In this document: in pieces, positions 36,793-50,289 of the stretch | How the letters are laid out: each line of letters begins with the position of its first letter | How positions within the stretch are numbered: the stretch's first letter is position 1 | Origin: Somniosus microcephalus | Lineage: Eukaryota | Length of the DNA stretch: 64,000 nucleotides | Reading direction: 5' to 3' | Assembly: GCA_052327205.1 (NCBI GenBank) | Contig: CM126220.1 | Location: 10,850,001 to 10,914,000 of the forward strand | Notes under the pieces: generated by a model | Told to the model about the DNA's origin: nothing | Seen by the model: only the letters and a program-made list of their open reading frames with translations | Databases searched by the model: none | Translations under genes and position numbers: made by a program

Positions 36793-37242
36793 ATGTTGGC
36801 TGAGGTTGATCGTCTGATCAGCACATGCTGGTTTTACCAACTGAGCCATTGGGGAAACTGAAGGTTTTATTTTCGTTGGAAGAAAATTGGATTTCACAAT
36901 TTTGCCTAGGACAATATTAACGCTCCGTTACTAATGCAATAAACTACCAGATCAGCATCTATTTTTGCCAAAAAGTACTGAATCATTGGTCACCATTCAA
37001 TTTATCTGGAGTCAAGCCAACTGCGGGTGAAGGGAGTTTTGATTTAGCAACTGAATCACTCTGGATTCATTCTGCAGTAAACGATGGGTGAAACTGAGGC
37101 AAATCTGAAGAGAGGGAGTGGCTATTTCAATCGAGACTACACTAAATTGATCTTTTATATAAAAACAAAGATAGTCCTTTGGTCTTCCTCTTCAAATGCC
37201 AAGTTAGTTATAGGTTTAAAAGCAAACATGTTATTACTTACA

Positions 37243-37397
37243 ATGGAAGGAACCGAGACTTAACAACCTGCAAGGGAATAGTACAGGGTATTGGCAATAA
37301 AGCGAGGTGGATTCTTGCCTTTTCCTGCCCGTCTCTTCACAGTGTGTAACTCCAAAGTGAAAATACGCCTTTTAGAGTATTTGACTGGAGGCTGAAA
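37243..37397 (+). repeat. Dispersed ~150-bp direct repeat, copy 2
   Basis: Similar to 35898-36045 with a 7-nt extra segment (CAGGGTA). Confidence 0.92.
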
Positions 37398-38420
37398 GTT
37401 CCCACTGAAAGAAGTCTTTAGAGGCTTTAGTATGGTTCCAGCTGTTTAGCAAAGCTATTTATTTAGCTTGTAAATCGTCCAGCCAAAAATATACCACACA
37501 ATGATGGGGAACCACAAACTCATTGCTGTATCATTAAAAAAAAACATACTTCTGTGATTTTGTGATGGGGAAAAAATGTTTAATTCTTTGTTGCCCTGAT
37601 CACTCACTGCATTTTCCAGATTTATCCTTGCATAGAGATGCAACTGTCACATGGTACAAATCATTAGGAACAAAAGAAGTCCTGTAAGGAGCAAAAGCCG
37701 AAGTGTAACAGAGGGTAGTATAGTATCATGCCGCCCCTTTGAATCTTCCCAAAATCATTATGGGGAATGGGAATGTTTTGGCGAGCTTCCCTCCAGACAG
37801 GTGATTAAAACCAGACCAAATGGGCACCGAATGTGTACTCTGTCAGAACAAAAAAAACTGTAATTGGATTCACATTGAGGGAAGATACTTAAAATAATGC
37901 AGTAACAAGAAAAATCTGCTCAACTAAATTACAGACGTCAGTGTGGATGTTTTATTATTTGAAAAGAATAAGTTGGTCCCAATCATTTAAAACAAAACTG
38001 CGTTTAGTTCGTTTTATGGAAACCATTTTTTTTGTGTAACAATGTTCAAAAAAATTAAGTTTAATGCTATCCAGCAATTTAATGTGCAATTGAGCAATAT
38101 CTATTCTAATATTGCTTACAATTGCTTCCTATAACCAGTCCTTGAAGTTGACAATTTTATAGCACTCACAATTAAAATTTACAAGCCAAGATTTGGGGGG
38201 AGAAAGTAAAGTTTTATGGGCTTCTGGAAATCCAGGTACTGTATTGGAGACAATTGGGTGAGTCGGTGAGGTGGGTGGGACAGATTGGCTGCAGACTTTC
38301 TGATGGTGAATATCCGCACTGCTCTGTTCTTGGGCAAGTGGAAGGGTACCATGTGATTTAAGTAGGGAAGCCTAGATAATCCTGGGGAGGGGGGGGGGAT
38401 TTTCGTCTTCATTGCCTGTA

Positions 38421-38535
38421 CGGTAATCTGGCGGATTGGATCAATGGAATGAAAATCAGCCAGATTCTACAACGGGTGGGTGATCCACTCCGCCAGATTA
38501 CCACCCCAGGCGCTGCAGCCGAAAATCTATCCCCT
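38421..38535. repeat. Small palindromic MITE remnant
   Basis: GGTAATCTGGCGGA ... TCCGCCAGATTACC perfect 14-bp inverted arms. Confidence 0.6.
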
Positions 38536-38784
38536 GGTGTCTGCTCCCTCATAATCAGAAGGAACTGTGCTGGTTGTGGGTCAGGATGACATTTGTCACT
38601 CCCCACCCCACCCCCAACTCCAAAGCCCCCTTTGTGCTCCAGCTGAGATCTTGTCAGCTTAATGCTTAAACTGATTTCGGTTTTATTTTTTTCCACACTT
38701 TGCCAATCTGTGTGTTGCCCAATTCTCCCTCCTCCTCTCCTGAAGTTACTGACTCATGCTGCGGTATGGATCTACAGGTGCCAG

Positions 38785-39090
38785 CTACCCTTTGGTACTT
38801 GACCCAACTTTTGTCATGTATCAGCAGTCTATTCGACCACTTCAGGCATCGTGACTGAGCCACTCCTGTCTTTGCCCAACGTCCACACACATGCAATTTC
38901 TAAGAGATTCCCCCCCCCCCCCCCCCCACACACACACCTTCCTAGCTGAGACAAATTATCGCAACCTTATCTTACAATCACCCCTACTCAGATCAGCTCG
39001 CACAGCAGAGACCATGGCTCAAACCTGGGACCTTTCTGGTCTGTGTGGCTCACTTGCACACAGGCAGCTATATACCAACCGAACCATCAG
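38785..39090 (-). mobile_element. AmnSINE2-like old SINE
   Basis: CTATTCGACCA..GCCCAACGTCCACACACATGCA..GAGATCAGCTCGCACAG..AAACCTGGGACCTTTCTGGTCTGTGTGGCTCA. Confidence 0.65.
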
Positions 39091-40494
39091 GAGCATGTGT
39101 TAAATGCATGTTATATAAAGGTTTTTACAGGGTTTTCTTAGTTTATTCAAGGGATGATGCTAATTAGTGATGTTTGTAATGAACCCTCAAGCATTTTTGG
39201 AAGCGCTTTTTGCAATATCCAGAAAATAATCAAAGCCAAAGTGAGAGAGGTTCCAATTTAGCTCAATTCATTCCGATCCCTCAAATCCAGCTGAGGTCAG
39301 GTTGTAGGTTCAATTCGATGCTGATTCTTTGGGCAATTTTTTAAGTTACTTGGTAAGTTATTATGAAAATGAAGTCCAGCAAGCGTAAGAGACCACCTGA
39401 TGGATGATCTTATTGTATAATACGCCACAGTAAACTTGGCACACTGGCTTACAAGATCATTTAACCTCCTGATTGTGCTTCTGTAATAGTGTTTCAGTCT
39501 GCTAATGAACTGATGAAATAATTCCATGGAAATTTATTCCGGGATTATGGATGCTGATCATTAGTTCTTCTGTAGCCAGAATTTGGTATGAGCATTAGTA
39601 ATTGGGCAAGACAGCTCTACCGAGGAAGTCTGGATGTAGGATGGTCATGTTGCATTATTGTTTAATGTGACACAGGAGTATTCCCAAATACAAATGGCTT
39701 ATATCTTAAGTACTAAATTTCTCCAACACCTCGTGGAAAAGTAGTTCATAATGTGCAAATGTAAGTCTAATTGGAACTGCAACATTATAAAATGGAATAA
39801 AAGTTTGTTGCCTTTCTAACTTAATTGAAAATGTTACCAAAATAAAATAGTAGATACTTCTTCAGAATCTAGTTGTACTGCCCAGCAAAGACTAATCCCT
39901 GGTTCATTCTTGCATTCCAAGAATGTTTTAATAGTGCAAATCCACTTGTTAGAGAAGTGTATTTGAAATTCAACTTGCACTGCACACATTTTGGTGAGGT
40001 AGTTTACAAATAGCTGTAGTAACAGGTTCAGCACTTGAACTAAGACGTCTGTTCTTCAAACCTGTATGTTGAAGCACAGGAGCTGTGATTGCTCTATACT
40101 CAGAGGGTTAATCCTTTGAGGTCTGCAGTAGCAATTCTGCCTGAAAATGAAAAATATCCTTTATATAATCTCGTTATATCTCACCAGTGACAGTGAGTTA
40201 CAGCATTTCTTTCATGAATGTGAAAGACCCATAACTCATGAATGCTGCAGGGGCAAGAGAGTTATGGTGGTCTTTTGCACGTAAAGGAATGACTGGAAGT
40301 CCCTGTTGCTACTAAGGTGTTTAGTGGGTGCAAGGTTTTAGTTAGAAACTTGAGCTGATTTTGTTAATGAATTCTGGAGCACCATTCGCAGATCCATTTA
40401 TGTTATTTTTCACATCTGAAATATTGTTCTTGTGGACTCATGAAAGCTTGCATTTTCCACTTTGCTGCTGCTGGCGATCTCCAGGAGCATATAC

Positions 40495-40583
40495 TGGGGT
40501 AACTGTTCACCCCAGCCCATGGTTTTCAGGCCATTCATTTTAATTGCCCAAAAAACCACGGGCTGGGGGGTGCACAATTTCCC
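40495..40583. repeat. Small palindromic element
   Basis: CCCCAGCCCATGGTTTT ... AAAACCACGGGCTGGGG inverted arms. Confidence 0.55.
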
Positions 40584-41479
40584 GATGTTCATTCTGGGAG
40601 TGGTGAAGTGCAAAATCCCAGTCGGACTATCCATCACACCCAAAGTGCAGTTTTCCTTTCACCACTTTATTTGGAGATTATTGAACTGTGGGTTGGTCCT
40701 TTTTAAAATTTCTGTAGTTCTGTTTTATTTCACATCAAAAATCCATCATTGACTTTGGCAAATGTTACAATAAAAACTGCACTTTGTAATAGTAAAGGAG
40801 ATTGGTGATTGAGAGGAGTTGAAGAGAGCTAACCTATATTTTTATATTTTAAATGGAGAAATGTACTTTCAAGCAAAAACAAATACAGGCAACAGTGGAG
40901 TATATAAAAAAGCTCATTGCAACCAGCTGTACAAAAAATAGAATACTTGGTTAAATATTTATACTTAACAAACTACATGGCGTTTATCCTATATTCTTGT
41001 GCCATATTCATAGCAATTTAATTATAATGAATAAGCCATGCTGCAGGTTCTGCAGGAAATCTGGTTTGGTTCATTTATATAATTTCCATAATAATACAGC
41101 TGTTGTACACATGAAAGGTTCTTGACATTGTAGGTAACTGCTAATTATGCATGATTCTGCAATAGTTTATTGCAGCTCAGGGACTGAGCTGGACACTCAC
41201 TAATTGCTAATATGACTTTATGTGGAGCGATGAATGTTCTTTTGGCTAATAATCTAGAGAATAGGTATCCTATCACCATATTTAATGGGTTGGCTGATGA
41301 ATTTCAGAGCTGGCTAATAAATTTTGTGATGGGTTAATATTTATGGATAGTAATGAGAAAAAAAATCTGGCTTTCTCTCTCTCTAACCCCCTTACAATCC
41401 ATCAGACATCCAACAAGCAAGTACTAGTAGAGCATCATCGTGTATAGAAATTAATACTGTAGATTAAAATAGTATAATT

Positions 41480-41780
41480 AAGTTTTATTTATTCTCAGGA
41501 TGTGGACAACAATGGTCACATTTGATGAAGATAGTGGTGGGGTAATTCTGTCTCTAGTGATTGTTTTAAGCTTGTTGGGCCACTTCAGAGGACATTAAGA
41601 GTCAATCATATTATGGATTTGTAGTGAAGTCATTTGGATTTTTTACGACAATTTTGATCATTTTTCTGGTGCTAGCTCATAATTACCAAATTTATTGAAT
41701 TCAGTTTCACAACTTGCGGTGGTGGGATTTGAGCTCCTGATCTCTGAGTGCTAGTCTGTTGTCGTAGCCATAACACTAGT
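41480..41780 (-). mobile_element. Third, degraded copy of the 3818-4206 SINE family
   Basis: TTTATTTATTCTCAGGATGTGG..GGGCCACTTCAGAGGACATTAAGAGTCAA..GGTGGTGGGATTTGA..CCATAACACTA. Confidence 0.65.
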
Positions 41781-42011
41781 GCCTGGGCCTTTTTCTTTCC
41801 AGCCCAGTATCATAGCCGATGTTTCAAAATAGCGTTACACAAATTTACAATTTGTTTCTGCGAATTATGTACTGTGGCAAGTTTTGAAGCATTTTTGTGT
41901 GGAGTTGCTGCCTTTCACGTTAGACCACAAGTCGAGATCCACATAATTTGATCACTCGTTCAGTACTGAAGGACTTTTTGACATTTCAAGCTACACCTAT
42001 TTAAATGTAAT

Positions 42012-42724
42012 GGGCCGTATTTTCCGATCGGAGGCCTCCGATCTGGAAAAATCTACAAACTTTCCCGAGGTGCCTATACTTCCGATCCTGGGCCTCTCCA
42101 AACTCCCAAGTGCACAGGGCCCAGGTATCCCAGAGGCGCAGGCAGTTTGCAGCGTCCTTGGGATCACGTGGGCCATGGGGAGCCAATAGAAGAAGGGAAT
42201 CTCCCTTCATACACTTGACAAATAGACCTGTCAAATATAGGAATGGAGATCACCCCAAAAACATAGTAAAACTTTAAATACATTTTTTTTAAATCACCTT
42301 TTTAAAATTAGTTGAAATTATAATAAATTAAATATTTTAAACAAATTTAATTTTTTGAAAAAAAAATTAAAGTTTTTTTACAGGGCTAAAAATAAACTTA
42401 CCTTTTTTTAAAAAGTATTTTTAAATGATAAATGAGTGAATTTTTTGAAAAAACTTTTTTCAACTCTTATCCTGGTAAAAGCAGGCCTTACGCTTTTACC
42501 AGGCGTAAGATTTCTAAGGGATTTCTGCGGGCGGAGGTTCTCCAGAAAGCGGAACACTCTGCCCGCAGAGGCCCTCCTCCAGGGCAGGTGTCCAATCTGT
42601 CAAGAGGATTCTTGACCGATCGGAAATGCCGCTTTTCAGCACATGCCTGAAACCTGCATTTCTGGTGTCCCTACGGGTCTGTACACAGCGCGTACTCACC
42701 CGTAGGGATCGGAATATCCGGCCC
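42012..42724. mobile_element. PIF/Harbinger-like MITE, copy 2
   Basis: TIR GGGCCGTATTTTCCGATC / GATCGGAATATCCGGCCC; 3-bp TSD AAT (42009-42011, 42725-42727). Confidence 0.88.
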
Positions 42725-42754
42725 AATATGTGCAAAATTCAGTTTTCTGTTTCC

Positions 42755-43290
42755 CATGATGGCTTGGTGGATAACTGGACCAATGGTGTGTTACTGAGCC
42801 ATACCTCCAGGAATGTTCTAGGATCCATTCCTGGTCTGTGCTGACTAAACTGATCTCGGCTAGGGCAAGAGTTGGCCGCTACAGTTGGGCTCGAGAGGCA
42901 AAACCCAGGCCAGGGTTCCAACTCCTGGTCGCTCTCCAGTGAACCTGGCCAGAAGTGGATGTGTGTGGACGCAGGGCTAGGACATGGTCAAGTTTAGTTG
43001 TGAGGGACCCTTTAGTTGATTAACCCATTGACATTCACTGCAGCTTGCACATGATAAATGGCCACTTGGATGAGGTAGCAACTGATCCCCGTGAACAAGG
43101 ATAAGATCAGACTGTAATGCCACCCTACCCTATCCCACCCCCATGATCAGATAACCTGCCAACGTTCACCCAGATGAAGAATGGCCACTTAGGCAAGGTA
43201 GTAGAGGACAACCATTGCAAGTTGTACAGTAGCATGACTGAGTGCTTCTGGAGGAGGGCGGTCCTTGCACTTGTTGCAACAAAGAAACTC
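42755..43290 (+). mobile_element. AmnSINE2-like old SINE, near full length, with duplicated 3' part
   Basis: tRNA-like head, core CTGGTCTGTGCTGACTAAACTGATCTCGG..CAGGGTTCC..CCAGTGA..; AATGGCCACTT(G/A)G occurs twice. Confidence 0.7.
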
Positions 43291-44201
43291 TCTGTTGCCT
43301 GCCCTGATGATTATGGCTTTGCTGTTTTTCCTCCTTCCGCCCTCTGCCTATATTCAATCCATGATCTTTGTAATGGGAGCAACCATACCTTTTTTTTTTA
43401 CTCAGACTCTGTATTTCTCTGCAATTTCATTGACAGGATTGGCAAGAAAATTTTGTCACTGGAGTATTTGAACAATTGTAACTTACATGACTCAGGTTGG
43501 AGTACATGATGAGAAATGACCTTTTCAATATGACTGTAGATTTGAAAAGATCTTATAATTTGATTTCCAGGAGAACATTTCTCACAGTATTATTGAAAAC
43601 TCAATAAATTTGATCTCCCAAGGCTGATACCCACAATCCCCTTGGGCTAGAGGCAGATATGATGGCAATGCAAGACCTTATTTTAGCAGAGTTTTTAATT
43701 GGTATGTGGGCTACATCCCAAATTGAATATTGAGAGCACAAATGAAGGTTAACACCTTACTAGTACTGGTTATCATCATTTGGAAATGAGTATCCAACTA
43801 CAGTACCTGCTGCTCTCTGTTACAGTAATCTTGAGTATTTATGCAAATTGTACTAATTTAATTTTGCAATAAGGATACTGAAAACATTTAGAAGTACTGT
43901 TATAAGAAATGTGCAGTGTTGAAGGTATTGAAAAAGCATAATTAAGAGTAGATTAGAATTCTTTTAAGAATGTAAATTGAAGGTGATGTTAAGCATGTTA
44001 TCCTCAACCTGCACTGTGTGGTACAGCATTTATCTCACTTCAAATAGCAACCATAATATCTGTAAGATACTCTGAGAAAGAGAAATAGTTCAAGTATATT
44101 TCACCTTTCACCCTTTCCCTTTGAATAGAATAATAAGTTGTCTCCACATTAAATAAGTGCGTTGCACATAAGCCAACCTGAATGTAACCAATTCACCATA
44201 T

Positions 44202-44787
44202 TGTGGCGGTACCACTGGTTGTCCCTTACATTGAGACACATAATTCCCTTTAACTTACCTTACTGTATGTTTAACTTACCTTTTGGGGCCATTGCCCTTT
44301 TAACTTACCTGTTGGGGCCATTGCCCCTTTAAGACGCACCCTAGCGCGCTGACGTCACGTCACGTACAACGTGATGTGTGTGCGCCGGCACAGCCCGGCC
44401 TAGCGTCTGCGGCCTCAACGGCCAGCCGACGGGAGCGACGCGATCTTCCGCTCCCGCAGCAAGCATCGGCACAGCCCGGCCTCGCGACCTCGGCCTCAAC
44501 GGCCAACGACGCGCATCACGTGACGCCCTAAGCGCGGGAAACGCGAGCAACGTGATGACGTCACAACACAAACGTGATGACGTCATCACGCTCCCCACAG
44601 GACTGCGAACTCCGTCCTCGTGGAGTCCCCGCTGGGACAAGACCTACACCACGGTGCTCCTACAGTCAGCCATCTTACCTGCTATTTTGCCTGCTGTAAT
44701 TAGCCTGTTCCTGTAAATAAACAACTTATTTATAGTTCGTCGAAGTCAAACTCTCTTATTTAGTAGCGATCTACACGAACCGCTACA
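44202..44787 (+). mobile_element. Solo LTR (Gypsy-like), 586 bp
   Basis: TGTGGCGGT...ACCGCTACA termini, 4-bp TSD ATAT, AATAAA near 44716, internal direct repeats, CpG-rich. Confidence 0.9.
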
Positions 44788-46995
44788 ATATCATGAATGG
44801 CGTTCAGTGAAGTACCTGTACTATGTAATTCCATGGAAAGGGAAGTTTATAATATTTAAATTGGTTTCATTTGCCTAATTTGTAAAGTTAAATATGTACC
44901 CACTGGGTTTTAAACTATTATAGTTCAAAAGTCCTGGATGAATTTGTTTTTTTTTTTAAATGCAGCTTTTTCTCCAGCGCCTGAAGATTTTATTAGTTGT
45001 CGGATTTCAACTAATCTCTAGACCTGTGAGGTTTTGAAGGAAATTTTTATCTTTAACAACTTACTGTCAGCCATTTGGAGCTAGAAGCCTTCAGATGTGA
45101 AATCATTAACACTACTGTAGGCGTTTATCTACATAATGCATTCTGACATTTTTGTCTTCATGCAAGACACTGTGCATAATGGTACGTGCAAATGCTGTCA
45201 TATCTTTATATAAACGCTGAACGACTTCCCTTCTCGTCATTCCCTATACGCTTAATCTTCTATTTGGGAGGGTGAGCAGTGACGCACATTCTTCTTCAGG
45301 TTTCCACATCTGTTGTGCTCTGGATGAACCTACAGGAGCTGCATCGCCAAGAAGTGCGATTAATAATGTTTTAGTTTTTCCCATATTACTCGGCCTGTGC
45401 AATGATTTAATTGAGAACTATTAAAGTTTCAGTGGTAGATGATTAGATTTGTACCCAGAGGGTGTAAGGTTAGAACCCAGCAATCAACATCAATTAAACT
45501 CAACTTCCCTTCATGAGTCTGTTTTTGGCCAGGCCATTCAGTGGGAGCAGAGTAGAGTAGTGTATCAGTGTATGGATGAAAACAAGCAGGACCAGTCCCA
45601 TCCCATAGACTGACATTTTCTGTTGACTCAGAATTCAGCCGCATTAACAGCTCTGTTTAAATTCCACTTCGGACCTAATACATTGTAATTTGGAGTAGGA
45701 AGTCTGTAGCTCAGCCCGCCCCTCCTTCCTGGCTAACAGGGGAACCATGGCAACAATAAGGACTTAATGGAGAGAGGAGGTCTTGGTAAAGAAAAATCCT
45801 TACATGGAGCATGATTGAGAGATGAAAGACTGACTGCTGCTGGGATTTGAGATTCTAACTGTAAAATGTATAGTGAGTGCACCGCTTTCTCAACAAATGA
45901 GTTGTATTAGGTTATAAAGTACCAATTGAGCCCACATTCTGTAGTCTGACTCCTGACCAGCTACATCCAGTTCAGCGTTAGTTAGCAGTAAAAGAAAAAG
46001 CATCTGACTCACTTATGTGCTGATGCTGGTGACTCTGGGTTCATTCAAGTCCATTCATCCTAATGAATGGGGGGAAATGGAAAATGATAATCACAAGACA
46101 GCTACCAGAGGCTGTTTGACGAACCTTAAGAAAGCTTATACTAAAACCTTTGTATACATTTCCTCACTTGTATAAATGAGACAGTGTTGTAAAGAATCAG
46201 CCCTCCAATATCAAAAGAACTTGAAGTTCATATCCTGAAGGTTGTTCAGTTTATACTAATCCATGTGATCAGGGGATCCAATTACAATTTTTAAACGCTT
46301 AAACTTTCAAACATAAAGGGTTAAAAAAGTAAGTTTCCTCTCCCAAAATGGATGAAATAAACCCCTTTTGTATTTTTCCCACATCAGCTACTTCTGTGTT
46401 TGTGTACTTGTGTGGTTTCATCTGCAATATTTAAGAGTAATTATAAGGAAATTCTTTCCTATTCTCTTGCTCCCACAAATAATTATGTCTAGAATGCAGT
46501 AGTTTAAAGTAAAGGAAGAAAAAAAAAATCAGGTCAATTAACACGTCTGTTATGGAAAAACAAAATGAATAATTGAGTACAACTGAATTTGATTGCTTTG
46601 GCCTGATTGAATCTGATCTGGTTTTGAAAACTGCACTGTAGTGGCTGCCATAGTGGATTTTGTATCACGAGACTTGCGCTATATGTGCATCAGGCTTGAC
46701 GTGTACTGTACGCTAATCAACATCACATGTTCCTTTTAATGGTGGTTCCAATTAACTGTGGGTTAGGCAGATTTCAGATGTTCAGCTGGAGGTTTTCTGT
46801 GATGTGGGATTTCTGTATAATCATTACCAAAAAAAATCTTAGTGAAACATTTGAGCTGAGTGAAAGTTATGCTATGTGGATCTGATTTTTAATACAAATT
46901 TTTGGTACATTACTCCGCGTCGTCTAGATTACTCATGTGTTGCACCCTTGGCAATGTAATCAGACTAGTTAATTTCATTAACCCTCTGTCTCTAG

Positions 46996-47104
46996 TTTAC
47001 TCTCTGACCTTGGTGGACCAAACCAACTGGACCAGTGGAAAACCATCGAACGAAGGCTCCTGTGTAACCTCGTTGATGTTACAAAAATGGCATTGGATTC
47101 AAAT
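46996..47104 (+). pseudogene. Candidate exon of an unidentified gene
   Basis: Acceptor CCCTCTGTCTCTAG, donor AAT|GTGAAT; LLSDLGGPNQLDQWKTIERRLLCNLVDVTKMALDSN (phase 2 to phase 0). Confidence 0.3.
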
Positions 47105-47659
47105 GTGAATTCACACGAATGCAGCATCTGTTTTCTGTAGTAAACGAAAACAAACTCCACATCAGTAAATTGGCCCGAGCTTACCCCTGCCCTGTATCTG
47201 ACATCAAACCAATCAGAACTCACTTGAGAAAATGGCTGTAGTATACCCAAATTAATAAAATACACTCCCATAGTCAGCTAGGCATTCTCTGCAACTGTCT
47301 TTCCCCCTGTGTACAAAGTGGACAGATGCCCTTGCTCTTAAACTAAACTAGCGGATTCCTGACCAAATCTCCTGGCCGTGTCTCTGCTTGATCTAGCCGA
47401 GCAGCACCAAGATAAGTATCACAGATGGGTTGAAGTTGCACTCACTGCTGGGGTAAAAAGAACCCACGAGAGAGCGAGGTGGAAAAATTAGGAGGAAAAA
47501 AGTATATTTTAATGGCTGCCCTTCACCACCAAAAGCACTAAATCATGTTGAGGAACAGTTCGGGTGCACCCTCAGTTACCTCAACAAAGTGGCTAATCTT
47601 TCATGACTGAACCTCGAGCAAGTGCCAGTGGGCTATTTTCTCAGGATAGTAACCCAGCA

Positions 47660-48810
47660 ACGCTGCAGGAATGGCGATATACATTCAAGTCAGGATGGTG
47701 TGTGATTTGGATGGGAACTCGGAGGTGTTGTTGCCATGACATTGTTGCTTTTGTATTTCTCGGTGGTGGAGGTCACAGGGGTGGGAAGTGCTGTTGAAAT
47801 AACCTTGGTGAGGTACTGCGGTGCATCTTGTGAACCAAACATACTATAGCCATAATGTGCCAGTGATTTGGGGGTCAGGGGTGGGGGGTGGATATCGAGT
47901 CCATTGGCAGGGGTGCAGATCAAGCTCTAACTGGATGGTGTCAAGCTTCTTGAGTGTTGTGGCTGCACCCATCCAAACAAGTGATGAGTATTCCATTGCA
48001 GTTCTCACCTGAACCTTGTGAAGAGATATGGAGGGAGTCGGGAGGTGAGCCACTTGTAGTAGAATACCCAGCCTTTGTCCTGTCCTATATGCCACGCAGT
48101 TAATGTGGCTAATCCAGTTAAGTGTCTAGTCAATGAGGACCCAAAAGTTGTTGATGGTGGGGGACTCTGTGATGGTGGTACTATTTAGAGTCAGGAGAAG
48201 ATGGCTGGATATGCTCTTGTTGGCGATGGTCATTATCTGACACTTCTGTGCCACAGATGTTAGTTGCCACCTGTCGGCACGAGACTGGATGTTGCCCATG
48301 TCCCACTGTAGGCTGGCATGGGCTGCTTTTTTATCAGAGGAATTGTGAATGGAGATGAACACTATACAATCATCAGCAAGCACTCCCACCCCTGACTGGG
48401 TATACTTTCCTGAGGAATTTCTGTAGCGATGTCCTGGGGCCGCAATGAATGGCCTCCCAACACCCACAACCATCTTTTTGTGTCAAGTATGACTTCAGCC
48501 ACTGGAGGGTTTTCCCTTTGACCCTCATTGACCTCTGGTTTGGCAGGGCTTCTTGGTGCCATACTCATTGGAAGGTTGTCTTGACATTGAAGGCAGCTCT
48601 CGCCTCTCCTCTAGCATTGAGCTTTGGTGTCCATGTCTGGAGGTGGTAATGAGCTCTGAAGCCGCATGGTTCTGGCACTAAACCATGATCTAATTGAATG
48701 GTGAAACAGACTAGAGGGGCTGAATGGCCTACTCCTGTTTCTATGAACCCAAATTGAGCATTGGTGAGCAGGTGCCTGCTGGCACTATTGATCACTCCTT
48801 CCATCTTTTT
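47660..48810 (-). mobile_element. Old degraded LINE of the same CR1-group family as 55608-56915
   Basis: Peptides HKVQVRTAMEYSSLVWMGAATTLKKLDTIQ and LADDCIV; a CR1 tail fragment is inserted at ~48685-48745. Confidence 0.85.
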
Positions 48811-49544
48811 CCCTCCAGTCTGTGGGACAGTTCTCCCAACTTGGGCACCAATCCCCACATGTTAGTGTGGAGAACTTTGCAGGGCCAACTGGGCTGAGAT
48901 TGCCTAAGTTCTGTCCTGATGCAATGGTTGTCATTGCTGTTAGATCCGTATGAGTTCGATCCCCCTTATTTGTGAACCTTTAAACGATTGTTTTCAACTG
49001 AGTGATTTGCTAGGTCACTTCAGGGGCATTAAGAGTTAAGCTCGTAATGTGGGACAAGAATCATGAGTATAGTCAATATTGGCCACTGCAGTTACAACTG
49101 AGCTTTCGCAGCTGAAGATTGCATGTAGCGCTACATTGTCTCAGAAAATTGAAAAATAGCAGTAGCGTAAGATCATGGTACCATTAACCAGATGTATATA
49201 AACTTGATATCCAGTATGCAAATATTTGATTTTTTCATGCAAACCAATCTGTGTATTTCCATATGATTCCCAGTAATAATACTTCCTCTATTGATTCAAT
49301 TCTTATTCCAACAAAACCTGAAAAAACATGCAGCAACATTTCACAAAAAGCAGCAATAAATGTGCCTGACTGGTCTGATAATCACGAGCTCTGAAGCCAT
49401 TAGCTGAGAGCTCTTGTGCAAGTAGTTGCAAGTTTCCACCATACAGTTTATCTTTATGCAAAGCTTCTGTTAACTCAACAATGCATGAGGGTTTGAAACC
49501 ACTGACTGAAATTCTCTGGAGTCTCACCTGTTCCAGAGGGGGAA

Positions 49545-50058
49545 GTAGGGGGTCCGTCTGATGGTGAGGATATAGGGTTGGAAGCTGATCTCGTGGTCCA
49601 ATAGAGGCTGCTAACATTCTGGTTGAACTGGCTGGGGAGGCGGATGAAGTTGGTGGCAAAGGTGTGGAGTTTGTGGCCAGACGAAAGACGATGGCTTCGG
49701 TCTTCCCATTGTTGCGGCTTATCCAAGACTGGATGTTAGACAAGCAATCTGACCGCACAGAGACAATGGAGGGGTAGAAAGATGGAACTAGATGTCAGTG
49801 CATACATCTGGAAACTGACTTTGTGTCTGCAGATGATGTCGCCAAGGGGTAACATATCGATGAGAAAGAGGAGGGGGCCAAGGATGGATCTTTGGGGACT
49901 CTGGAGATGACAGTGCAGGGATGAGAAAAGTAGCCATTGGTAGAGATACTATGATTGGATAGGTAAGAATGGAATCCAGCAACAGCAGCCCCACCAAGGT
50001 GGACAAGAGGCATTGCAGGAGTATGGTGTGATTGACTATGTCAATGGCTGCAGAGAAG
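49545..50058 (-). mobile_element. L2 LINE RT fragment
   Basis: DCLSNIQSWISRN.GKTEAIVF typical of L2 RT; degraded. Confidence 0.8.
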
Positions 50059-50289
50059 TGCTTAAAAAGCTGGTAAATCAGATACTGTGTTCAGTGCAAA
50101 GTGAATAAGCTCTCTTTCCATTTGAAGTCTTCAACCAAGTATCCTTGTTTCTTAACCAAACTTTTCATGATATTGCGTATCATCTTGCTTTAAATTTTTC
50201 TTTTGGGGTGTTTTCTCCTCTGCTGCTAATTGTTTAATCAGAGTAATTTATAATTTCCATTTGATGCATTTAAATCAGGTGGGTAATAG

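Larger units (their letters stand above)
36290..36855 (-). mobile_element. AmnSINE2-like old SINE interrupted by the Penelope-type palindrome
   Basis: CCCAAGTGGC..GCTGAGATCAGCTCATTCTGCACAGAC, head remnant ACCAACTGAGCCA after 36800. Confidence 0.6.

Noticed and set aside
44341-44716. ORFs of 99 and 112 aa
   Set aside because: Entirely within the solo LTR; GC-rich chance frames
46902-47108. Peptide NWTSGKPSNEGSCVT..KW resembling a C-type lectin motif
   Set aside because: Lacks WND and the terminal Cys and stops immediately; an alternative frame fits the splice sites better
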